A DNA stretch of 64,000 nt from Flaccisagitta enflata (lineage: Eukaryota), in contig OZ231126.1 of NCBI GenBank assembly GCA_965153355.1, forward strand, positions 27,342,001 to 27,406,000, given 5' to 3'. Below, piece after piece: positions 46,779 through 56,696 of this stretch. Under the pieces are notes generated by a model. The model was not told the DNA's origin. It saw only the letters and a program-made list of their open reading frames with translations, and did no database searches. The position numbers and the translations under genes are program-made. The first letter of the stretch is position 1. Each line of letters opens with the position of its first letter.

Positions 46779-49700
46779 AATCCTGGATTAGCTTCGATTC
46801 TCTTTCATTGGGAAAGACTGTGAACGAGTGAGTTGAGATCCATTCATCTTCAAAAAAAAAAGTCTTGACTCATGGACGATCATCCATTAGAATTCCAGAA
46901 CAGCAATACTTGAGAAAAATTTAATGATCATTTGCCAACTTAGTATTGTTTCTAATCAAAACAAAAAATTTATTTAATTATATGAATAATTATATGATCT
47001 ATTTCAGTCAAAATGAAAACTGAAATGTATAATGTAAAAAAGGAAAAATGAAAAATAGGATTAATTAAGAATATCAAATAAATTATAAAAAGAAAATTAG
47101 AAGTGAAGAATAAAAAAATGAAAAATGAAAAAAAAAAAAGAAAAAAAAATATGAAACATGAAAAAAAAGTGAAAAATAAAAAGTAAAATAGATAAAAGAA
47201 TTTAAAAAAGAATATAAAAATTCTAAAATAATAGTTTGTTCAAAGGATCTCAAAAAATTGTTTATGAATGCAACAATTATAAAATTTTAAAGAAATGAAA
47301 AAGTAAATTTATTTTTTAAATTAGTATTGTTTTTTTGGGTGATCAGCGATTTTCAAACATGCAAAAAAAAAATGTCATTTTTTAAAAAGAATAATCGATA
47401 TTAACCGCAACCAAAAGTCGATTATAGCAGTATCCGAACCAAACCTATATTTGCGAATATTAATTTATTAATTGAACCGAATTGAACCGTTTTCTAATAG
47501 CCAGATCGCCGAAGTATAGATGGGGGTTGGCCGCTCCTGCCCATCCGTCCGTAACAGTATTGTGATCCCGCGTCACTTGTTTGACAGACCCCCCTACTTC
47601 ATTAAACTCAAATATGTCCATTTCGAAGGCTCATGGTTATTAGAGGTCAGATATTCAAAAACTATCCAATTGGCTGCTCCATGCAAGGGAGTTTTTCTTT
47701 CTAAGCATATAAATTGAAGTCCCGGGGCTGAGGAAGGGAGTTAGGACGCAATTTCAAGGTCGCGCATATCAGATTTTGCTTACAAAAGATCATCATCTCA
47801 CAAGTATAAGAGCTAAAATACCCCTCTACCTTTGTAAACACGCTACTTCTAAATGAAAAAAGATAGAAGATCGCGCTTGGCGCCATTTTAAAGAACACAA
47901 AAAAATCTTTAATTTCATCATGAATTTCATTTAAATCGGTTAAAAAACAACTAAGTAATAAGTGCCAAAATTTAGCTGAAGTTTGAGTGAGTTTTGATAT
48001 TTTTGATAACGACTTCAGTCTCACCCCTCACTTAGTAAGAATGTCATTTCCAAACGAAACAAGTGACGCGGGGTCACAACATCGTTGCGGATGGGTGGGC
48101 AGGGGCATCCAACCCCCTTCCGCACCCTAACCCCATCCACACCCCAACCCACACCCCCTCCACACACAACCATACACAACAAGTCATCCAATGATCGAAC
48201 ATGGTCAGCGGTACCCAATGCCTTGCTTGGAGTGATAAGCTGAAGAAGTAGAGAGAGAGCAGGGCAGCGGCCCCAAAGGGCCGATGTCCTGTAGGACACA
48301 AGGGTGATTTTCATACGTCCTGAGAGAGCATATTTGAGGCCTTAGTAGCAATTTTCCACGATATTCAATGGGAATTTTGCATTTTTTCAATTTCTTGTCA
48401 ATTTGCCATTTTATTCAATAGGAATTTTACATTTTTCTTAGTTTTCTTAGTTTTCTTAGTTTTCATCAATTTTCTATGTTATTCAATGGGAAACATGCAT
48501 TTTTTTGCTATTTTGTAAATTTTCCATGTTATTCAATGGGAATTTTGCATTTTGAAAATTTCCCATGTAATCCGATGGGAATTTGAGGCAAGAGAAGCTG
48601 GGGGGACATACGGAGGGACATACGGTCGTACAGAAGGACCTATGGAAATTCACCCATGTCCTACAGGACATTGGCCCTTTGGTGCAGCTGCCCAAAAAGT
48701 ATCCAAACCGTTGTTTTTGGGCAGCGGCCCCAAAGGGGACAAAGTCTTGTAAAACACAGGGGGAATCTGCCCGTCCGCATGTATGTCCATACTTTCATGA
48801 TTTCAACCCCTTCTGCCCCATCCTCAGGGCTTTGTCTCCTTTGAGGCCTATTCTGACCCAAATTCTCCCAAATAACCCAAATCCAAGCATTATGGCCCAA
48901 ATCTATGCAATATAGCCCAAATCCAAGCATATGGCCCTAATTCAGGCAAATGGCCCAAATCTAGCCATAAAACCCTGATTCTGGCCTGAGGTCTATCATT
49001 TTGGCCCATTAAACCTTTATTGTGGCCTCCAATACCTAGATTCTGACCAGATTTGGGCCATTTTGCTTGGATTCGGGCCAGTTTGCTTGGATTTGGGTTA
49101 TTTTGCTTGTATTTGGGCCATTTGCTTTAATTTGGGCCATTTTGCTTTAATTTGGGCTATTTCACTTACATTTGGGCCATATTGCTTGGATATAGGCTAT
49201 TTGGCGGATATGGACAGATGAATGTACGGATGGACAGATTCTCCCTGTGTTCTACAGGACTTTGTCCCCTTTGGGGCCGCTGCCCTGCTCCCCCTCAACT
49301 CAAATCACACACTACTCAAGCAGGGCACGGGTACCACTGACCATTTACTGCCTTTGGGCTGCTATTGCACTTTTCTACTCGATCACTATGACCAACGGAC
49401 GGACCAACGGACGGACCAACGGTCGGACAAAGCCCAACGGACGGACAAAGCCTCTTTTAGAGTTGCGTGTCCGCAACTAAAAAGATTGGAGATCGCGCTT
49501 GGCGCCATTTTGAAGAGCACAAAAAAAAATATTTCTTTTCATTATGAATTTCATCTAAATCGGTTGAAAAACAACTGAGTAACAAGCTTGCAAAGTTGGA
49601 TGAAGTTTAAATAACCTTAAATCAATACTTCAATTTCACCTCTTATAACTTTGTGAGAATGTCCTTTCTAAACGAAAAAACATAGGAGATCGCACTTTGT

Positions 49701-51232
49701 GCCATTTTGAAGAGCAAAAAAAATCTTCCTTTTCATCATGAATTTCATCTAAATCAAAGCGAGCGAATTTCAGGATTTGTTACAGGCAGTTGATTGTGCC
49801 ATCACTTGGTTGCCATGTATGCGTACAAAATCGGCGCTGGTTGCAGCTCTTGAACAAACTTGAGTTTCGAATTGAGTATTTGTATTCAGGCCTGTATATA
49901 GTTGAGTTCCCCCCCCTCAAAAAAAAAAAAAAAAAATCAAAGGGTCTGGAGATGGGGAAATCGAAGGGAAAAAAAAAAAAGAAAAAGAAAATTTTGAGAA
50001 AATAAAACTTTCGGCAGTACCAAATCATAAAAACTGATTAGTAAAACACAATTTGATACTATTTAAACGAATATGTCCATTAGGAAGGCCTATGGTTATG
50101 TTCAAAAGTTGAAAATGACACCTTCTAGAGATGATAAAACCACTTTATTCAGCGTTATTACATGACGACAATCAAATCGAAATGAACGCTGCAGGTTCCA
50201 ATGCACGCAAACTTAACTAGAAATCTGGCATCACCCTTTAAGAAGCGGTTGACGAGGTGCTGGAGCATTCTAATTATCTGAAGCCCTCCAACAGGCATAA
50301 ACAACGTACAAACCGATACCTAACCATAGAACTATAGCACTTTCACGCAAAAAAAAGAATCTTACAAGGCACCTTCAAGAGCATAAAAGATGCAGTTGAC
50401 GAGCTATTCCAGCATCAATTGAGGTAGGGACTGTCTACTACCAGACTAAACAATTCAATTGTTCAACAACTAATTACTTGATACACTGATCTCGATATTA
50501 TAGGTCTTGACAGACATTGATATCAAAGCGACTCCTTATTGCTCAGTGCTGATTTGCATTTTCAATACCTTGGGTTGAGAGGGTGATGGACGAAAATACT
50601 ACAGCTAAAAATATTTAGTGACGGTTTGCCGGCATTCAGCACACAAGTTTGGGTGGAATGTCAAAGAATTGGACGATGGTCTGTTTGTATATGTAAACCC
50701 CATTCATTACGAATCGTGATAAGTCCGACTTTTGAAGTTTCTCGCAAATAGTCAAATATCACTATTTTTTTTCATTCTTACCTGTGAAGAAGCATTACAA
50801 AGACCACCAGGGGCTTAATAGCGTTTAATAGGTGAGGTTAAGTAGATAGAATAAAACTAAAAAATAAAAAATCAACAATAAAAAACTGTTAGACTCATAT
50901 GGATACATTGAGCCTTGTCATTCGAATAAATTGATTTGAATTTTAAGTCATTTCAAGTGATTTCATTTAATACAATTTCATTCAATAAATTGTTGTCGAC
51001 TTGAGAAGAAAAAAGCAGAAATCAGATGATTTAGCCTCAGAAACAAGAGACGAAACAACGGTTGACTGTACTTTTCCAACTTGATCTGCACTCAATAAAT
51101 GCCATCCCATGGGCCACATTTCATTCAACACTCTTTTACGCCGTTCTGGCATGGTAAAAGACAAAAGTCACTTTCACCCTTGAGTCCTTTCATTTTCAAT
51201 TTCTATCCTTTCTTTCCCTTTCTTTCTTTTTT

Positions 51233-51291
<59 letters not shown>

Positions 51292-52359
51292 CTCTTTCTC
51301 TCTTTCTTTCTTTCATTCTCTTTTTCCTTCTTTCCCCCGCCCCCTTTTTTCCTCAATTTTTTCTTCCTCAAATCTATAAGTCCGACTCTTGATCTATGGA
51401 TCCTAGGAACGACGTTCCCGGCGTTCCCCTACTTCTGCCACCCTGCTCTGGAATATGTCAGAAAGTCGAAGACTGACTTCTACTTTTTTCCCCGATGATA
51501 ATTGAATGAATTATTGATAGATTTCTTAGCTTAGTAAATCATAGGTATTGGTTGACTGACTGTGAAATTGGTTGATTGACGCAATAGCGATACTAACGTT
51601 ACTTGTCTTGGTGTCTTTAGGTAGGCGTATCGGATGACGCTTGCGACGATTGCGGGGCCTCGTTACTCGACGTCTCCTTCAATAAAAACAAAACGCCTCT
51701 TCAACACGGCGAAACCGATCATTCCGGATGCGTATTTTGCGATCCTTTATTACAGGTATGAAAGCCTCAACACCTGAGTACTGGCTATGTCTTATGAATG
51801 GGATGCTATATGTATGGCAATCGTGAGTGAGGCTGACAAATGTTTAATACGTCTGCCAGGGTGCCTAGAAAAGCCAAAATCGCACTTCCCTGGCAAAAAT
51901 TCTTTTCTTTTGCAAAAATTCTTTGAAATGAGCCATTGGCAGAACTCTATTCAACCAGGAACTATTGTTAGGCTATGTATATTTCCATCATATAAGTTTG
52001 GGTTCCCAATTGGTTTGAAAGTCGCTCCATAGCTCTTTTAAAAGCATTTTTGCTTAGGAAAAAAGTTATTTGCAGGGGAAAGTCCAATCTTGGTTTTTTG
52101 GTTACCCTGGCGAACGAAATGTATAAGCATCGCTTGTCCACATTCCGATCTCTTCGTTTACGAGCCACGTTACCATGTTCTCTCAAATTATCTTAAGGGT
52201 TTGGTTGAGATTAAGCACGCGTCTCGAAGCCATCCCAACTTCTCCCGCGGTGGTCGAGGTGGACGCGGTCGAGGGCGCGGTCGAGGGCGTGGAAGAGGAA
52301 GAGGCGGACGACGAGCTCCCAAAGATAAAATGTCTCAACTCGCCGCTTATTTCGTTTGA
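33092..52359 (+). CDS. TOP3B: DNA topoisomerase III beta, 16 coding exons
   Basis: Exons 33092-33296, 34388-34473, 34718-34917, 35780-35888, 35988-36116, 36547-36783, 38732-38882, 39096-39281, 40603-40703, 40966-41198, 41335-41419, 41660-41896, 42044-42175, 42316-42510, 51621-51755, 52198-52359. Motifs [15 protein letters not shown] (TOPRIM), catalytic [16 protein letters not shown], Cys-rich C-terminus, RGG box and terminal [10 protein letters not shown]. Confidence 0.96.
33370..34183. mobile_element. pogo/Tigger-like MITE
   Basis: TA|CAGTGG ... CCACTG|TA with repeated subterminal GTTGTTAAATC motifs. Confidence 0.72.
35407..35726. mobile_element. ~310-bp hAT MITE family, copy 3 (TOP3B intron)
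   Basis: Perfect 8-bp TSD CACCTTCT. Confidence 0.88.
36908..38211. mobile_element. TIR element hosting the intact Helitron
   Basis: Perfect 20-bp IR GCACTTGGCTGAGTAACAAC (36908-36927) and GTTGTTACTCAGCCAAGTGC (38192-38211). The SINE abuts the right end. Confidence 0.75.
37189..38014 (+). mobile_element. Non-autonomous Helitron, uninterrupted copy
   Basis: Starts A|TC, ends with GGCGACAGCCGCC hairpin then ATTACTGG|T. No TSD. Collinear with the inverted, fragmented copy at 42581-51495. Confidence 0.8.
38213..38714 (+). mobile_element. tRNA-derived SINE with poly(A) tail
   Basis: Pol III A box TGGCCGAGAGG (38225-38235), B box GGTTCGAATCC (38309-38319), ~380-bp non-tRNA body, A20 tail 38695-38714. 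Confidence 0.8.
39372..40085. mobile_element. TA-flanked MITE
   Basis: TA|CACTTTTTTCATTTTATAAGCAC ... GTGCTTATAAAATGAATTAAGTG|TA. Confidence 0.78.
40140..40566 (+). repeat. Compound microsatellite (CTTT)n/(CACT)n/(CA)n/(CT)n
   Basis: Direct reading; ends ~35 nt upstream of the TOP3B acceptor at 40602. Confidence 0.9.
42655..43064. mobile_element. TA-flanked MITE inserted in the Helitron
   Basis: TA|CCAC..AAAAAAAAAGACGCAC ... GTGCGTCTTTTTTTTT..GTGG|TA; absent from the intact Helitron copy. Confidence 0.78.
43229..45367. mobile_element. Second copy of the CAGGGTGGCAGAA hAT-type family, opposite orientation
   Basis: Termini TAGGGTGGCAGAA and TTCTGCCTCCCTG. Subterminal sequence matches the 45923-51445 element in reverse. 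Degenerate TGCATTT duplication at the flanks. Confidence 0.75.
44455..44960. mobile_element. Palindromic foldback MITE
   Basis: ~240-bp inverted arms, e.g. AGGTCAATTTTTCGATCCCCATGGCCTAAGGTTCT and its reverse complement. Ends approximate. Confidence 0.7.
45923..51445. mobile_element. hAT-type element (TIR CAGGGTGGCAGAA) containing further insertions
   Basis: 13-bp perfect TIRs and a perfect 8-bp TSD CTCTGGAA (45915-45922 and 51446-51453). Confidence 0.88.
45978..50718. mobile_element. CAC...GTG DNA transposon with ~115-bp TIRs and 4-bp TSD (Chapaev/CMC-like)
   Basis: Termini CACGATTCGTAATGAATGGG and CCCATTCATTACGAATCGTG, with ATAA on both flanks. The paralogous hAT copy (~45303-45335) shows the empty site. 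Superfamily is inferred from termini only. Confidence 0.75.
51857..52109. mobile_element. Small degenerate CAGGGT-terminated MITE
   Basis: Imperfect ~45-bp IRs; no clear TSD. Confidence 0.55.
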
Positions 52360-52707
52360 CGGATACGCGTTTTAAGCTGAATACTTTGATTTCAAGCTGT
52401 ATTTCGATAATCAATTGTTTCAATTTGTTTGATTCTGTTTAGTTGATTTTCCTCATTTGGGATTATCCTTCGTATTGGATCTTCCAAATTGTATTTTGAT
52501 CTAAGTATTTTCGATCGCTTTTTTCCATCCTCCTTGTCTGGGGACCACGCATTATTTATTACACCAGCGTTTTTATCATCATCAATCTCATGTTACGTTA
52601 TCTATATATTTTCAATTCTTTACCCAGGCCTTCAACCCGTGATAAGACTCAATGTATCGGTAATACTCAATGGTTATTTTTGTGTAAATGAACTACTGAA
52701 GCCGACA

Positions 52708-53675
52708 ATGACATTAACAGCCTCTGCCGTCAAGTTATTTCGACCATTGGTCATTTGCGGTCCCTCTGGATCAGGAAAATCCACGATTTTGAAGAGGGTG
52801 TGTATACAGTTCTCATTCTATGTCACTGCAAATGGATTTTACGCAGTTATCCAATTCATTTATCTTGCCATATTCTCTCTTCATGATTGCAGGTAATGAA
52901 TTCGGAGGCAGTAAAAGAATATCTGGCCTTTTCCGTTTCGCACACAACTCGTCAACCGCGTAAGGGGGAGCAGGATGGAAAAGATTATCATTTTGTCTCT
53001 CATGATAACTTTAACAGGGTGAGCCATCGTAAGATAATGATATCTTTGCGTCTTCACATCGATTGAATGTTTGATTGAATCTCGGTCGAAACCGCTGTTC
53101 CATCTCGTTCTATTCAGAGCGTGTCCGAGAACGCCTTCGTGGAGCATGCCGAGTTTTCCGGCAACCAGTACGGCACCTCCAAAGAGTCCATACGAAGATG
53201 TCAATTATCCGGCAAACTCTGCGTCTTAGATATCGATTCTCAAGGAGTGAGAAGTCTGAAAAAGACGGATCTCAATCCGTTCTACGTCTTTATTCTTCCG
53301 CCTTCCTTGGAGGAATTGGAGGTACTCAGGCTCTGTTTGTAAGATTTTATTGTTAGAAAAGCGAATCTCTGTGGCATTCAGTCATTTGCTAAGTTTAACT
53401 GATCAAACATTCGCCATATTATCATACATGCAAGCTATCGTCAAGCCTATTCTTTATTCCTCTTCCTCTTCCTACTCCTCTTCCTCCTGCAGCGCCGCCT
53501 TCGCGGTCGTCGGACGGAATCCGAAGAGTCTCTTCAGCGTCGACTGTCGACCGCCAAAAGCGAAGTCACGTTTGGTCAGACGCCGGGAAACTTCGACGAG
53601 ACTATCCTCAACGACGACCTAGATAGAGCCGTGGAGAAGCTCCACTCCATCGTCCTCAAACTCATCGCCGACTGA
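52708..53675 (+). CDS. GUK1: Guanylate kinase
   Basis: Exons 52708-52797, 52893-53018, 53118-53321, 53493-53675. P-loop [50 protein letters not shown]. Confidence 0.93.
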
Positions 53676-54122
53676 CCAACGTATTGACAGTATTGCAGCT
53701 CGGTGAAAACCAATGCGTGCCTTCTTTCAAGACAGTGACAACTCTCTAGAGAAAAATTCCTGGGAATTCCCTCGTTCTCATAATAGGAACTCTATGGTTA
53801 TCTATCTATTATCTATTTATTTTCATAGTCTTCCCAACGTGTACTTCCTCCATGGAGTATATGCCACCTCTTCCGCGTTTCGTTTTTTCAGAGTTTTATA
53901 GATTCTAGTCAAGTTTTGGATGTTATTTTCATTTACTCATTCCCGCCATACTCTTATAGAAAATAGCATTTTTGATTTGGTGTTCTTTCTTTCCTTTGCC
54001 GTCGTCTTGTTTTTTTGAAATTTTGTGTCGCATTTGCGTCTTGTTTAGTCTTTTCCTCTAATAATCAAACCCTCAGAAAATTGACTATAAGAACCTTTTA
54101 CTTTTTATTTGAAAATTAAACT

Positions 54123-55769
54123 ATGGGGCACGACATTCATTCGGCGCTTTTGTTAAAAATCGGCTGTTTTTCCCGCCTCATCGTTTTCTCGCTCCAGCTG
54201 CTCGCCAACTGTCTTCCCAATCACAAAGCCGACGCGTTCAATCCTCCAACCACGCCAACTTTCAACTCTACTTACTCTTCCATGATGGACTCATTCGTCC
54301 ACGATGGTCTCCTTCAGGGTTTCGCCAAGTGGGACAGTCTTCATTTCCTGCACGTCGCCGAGTTCGGTTATCTATTCGAGTCGGACTTGGCGTTTTTCCC
54401 GGGATTTCCGTTGACGCTGCGATGCGTCGACGCCGTCTCGCTACGTCCACTTTTCGGCGCCGTTTTGCGGACGCGGACTCGTTTGCTGCTCGGCGCTTTT
54501 ATCGTCAACAACGCCGCCTTCGTTGCGTCGGGGATTCTCTTATATCATTTGTATCGTCGATGGTTTGTTCCAGCCCCGACGGCCTTTATCGCCGTCGTCA
54601 TCTTTTACTTCAATCCGGCGTCCATTTTTTTCTCCGCGATTTACTCCGAGACTCTCTTCTTCGCGGTTTCTGTAGCCGCTCTTTCTCTTTATTACAGACG
54701 TCAGAAAGCCTGGGCGGCTTTGTTCTTTTCCTTTTGCGCCGTTATCCGCTCAAACGGCGTTGTTTTCTTAGGCTTTTTCTGGTTTTCTTGGCTAAACAAT
54801 TTGTATAAACTGTCAACCGCCACGATGATGTCATTGACAGAACGACTCTCACTCGTCGCGATGGAATCGATCAAAGCGGTAATGTTTACCGGTATTGGTC
54901 TTTCGCTGTTCGTCACGTATCAATTCTACGGCGCCTTCTTATTTTGTCACCGACGGTCAGAGACGTTCGACCAATTTCCGGCGCACTTACGGCAGATGGC
55001 GGCCGAGGACGAAGACGCTCTCATCGTCGGCGCTCATCGGATGATTGGAATCGGCGCCAAGACGTCGACGCCGGATGTTAGCGCCGATATCAAATGGCGT
55101 CTGTCGCCGGTCGCCTTTCCTTCCTGGTGCGAGAAGACGATCCCGTTCTCATACTCGGCCGTGCAGAATCAATACTGGAATCTCGGCTTTCTCGCTTATT
55201 ATCGCCTCAAACAGATTCCCAACTTTTTCCTCGCCGCGCCCGTTGTCGTGATCACGTGTCTCAGCGTCATGGATTTCGCGCGTGCGCACTGTGAGCGTCG
55301 GAGGATGGACAAGAAAGGCTTAAAAGAGACGATTCTAGAGTTGCTGTTCGTCGATTATCTCGAGAAAATGCAACGGGACGAGAGAGAAAACGTCGACACT
55401 GATGACGTGAAACATCGTCCTCGTTCATCTTTTCTACTCTCCGCAGATTGCTTTCCATTTTACGTCTATACATCGTTTCTTTTAATCTTCGGATTGTGCT
55501 TCATGCACGTGCAAGTGATCACAAGAATGCTCTTTAGCTCCTCGCCTATTCTGTATCTCTTCATGGGATCGCAATTTCTCGACGCGGCGGATTACAATGA
55601 CACGAAAACCCTAGAATCGGGGTTAAAGGAAGAAGGGGTCGTTCAGTTGTTACGCCGGATCATCCACATGGCTACAAACTCTCGTCTTCAGAAAGCGCTG
55701 TTGTTATATTGTGGTTTCTATTTCGTAATCGGTACATTACTTCATTGTAATTTCTTGCCATGGACGTGA
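54123..55769 (+). CDS. PIGV: GPI mannosyltransferase II
   Basis: 548-aa multi-pass ORF with KWDSLHF, AFFPGFP, NPASIFFSAIYSE, RSNG, YWNLGFLAYYRLKQIPNF, HVQVITR and terminal NFLPWT. Confidence 0.93.
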   Translation: MGHDIHSALLLKIGCFSRLIVFSLQLLANCLPNHKADAFNPPTTPTFNSTYSSMMDSFVHDGLLQGFAKWDSLHFLHVAEFGYLFESDLAFFPGFPLTLRCVDAVSLRPLFGAVLRTRTRLLLGAFIVNNAAFVASGILLYHLYRRWFVPAPTAFIAVVIFYFNPASIFFSAIYSETLFFAVSVAALSLYYRRQKAWAALFFSFCAVIRSNGVVFLGFFWFSWLNNLYKLSTATMMSLTERLSLVAMESIKAVMFTGIGLSLFVTYQFYGAFLFCHRRSETFDQFPAHLRQMAAEDEDALIVGAHRMIGIGAKTSTPDVSADIKWRLSPVAFPSWCEKTIPFSYSAVQNQYWNLGFLAYYRLKQIPNFFLAAPVVVITCLSVMDFARAHCERRRMDKKGLKETILELLFVDYLEKMQRDERENVDTDDVKHRPRSSFLLSADCFPFYVYTSFLLIFGLCFMHVQVITRMLFSSSPILYLFMGSQFLDAADYNDTKTLESGLKEEGVVQLLRRIIHMATNSRLQKALLLYCGFYFVIGTLLHCNFLPWT

Positions 55770-55824
55770 ACTCTTTCTCTTTCCTACGTCGTTCGCCATT
55801 GGTCTACCTATCTTGGCATGGCAG

Positions 55825-56200
55825 AACTTTTCTTCTTTTCTTGCTGCCTTTTTTCCTTCTGTCTCTTTTCTGCCTTTCTTTTTTCGTCTCTCTCCTTTCC
55901 GCATTTTCTCCTTTCTTCCTTCCTGCCTTCCACCCTTTCTCCCTTTGTCTTCCTTCGGCCTTTCTTCCTTCGGCCTTTCTTCCTTCGGCCTTTCTTCCTT
56001 TCTGCCTTTCTTTATTTCTGCCTTTCTTATTTTCTTCCTTCCCGCCTTCCTATCTGCCTTTCTTCCTCTCTGCCTTTCTTCCTCTCTGCCTTTCTTCCTC
56101 TCTACCTTTCTTCATTTCTGCCTTCCTTTCTTTCTTCTGCCTTTCATCCTTTCTTCCCTTCCTTTCAGTATTTTACTTGCTTCTTCTTTCTCTTTTTTTT
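55825..56200 (+). repeat. CT-rich low-complexity repeat after PIGV
   Basis: Includes a 15-bp unit CCTTCGGCCTTTCTT x3 and TCTGCCTTTCTT units. Confidence 0.85.
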
Positions 56201-56696
56201 TTCGTTGTCTACCCTGTATGCTGCTCTTCCTATCCGCCGTCACTGGTCGTTATCACTCACGTGAATTTTTTGAACACGTGCCTCTGTATTTCTGATTCTT
56301 TAAGGTCGTGTGACGATAAGGCGAAAGAATCGGGTCGCTTGAGTGCTATCGGCGATCGGTTCAAGTGATAAATGCAAAAAATCATGTGACGAAAGTAACT
56401 CCAGAAAAGGTCATGTTATCGGAAAAAAAACCTAAAGATCTAAATCTGAGTTGGACTGTGAGCTTACGCAATGTCAAAGAAGAAAACAGTTTTAGAGATC
56501 TTTCGGAGGAGTCTTGGATTGCGGTCTATGCACGGAGGGTGACACAATTTTGTTGAATCAAAAACCAGACCGGGATCGAACCAAATAATTGTGAACAACG
56601 TAATAATCTTAAAACATTGAATTTAATCTGAATGATTACGTCAAACGGAAAGCGCTCTCACGTATTATCGTCACGGACGTTCTCGATTAACGCAAT

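Larger units (their letters stand above)
42581..51495 (-). mobile_element. Second copy of the same Helitron, fragmented by nested insertions
   Basis: Pieces 42581-42654, 43065-43228, 45368-45922 and 51446-51495 match the reverse complement of 37189-38014. Minus-strand ends are A|TCGGG and hairpin+CTAG|T. Confidence 0.8.

Noticed and set aside
55760-56368. Overlapping hydrophobic ORFs after PIGV
   Set aside because: Translations of CT-rich low-complexity sequence.
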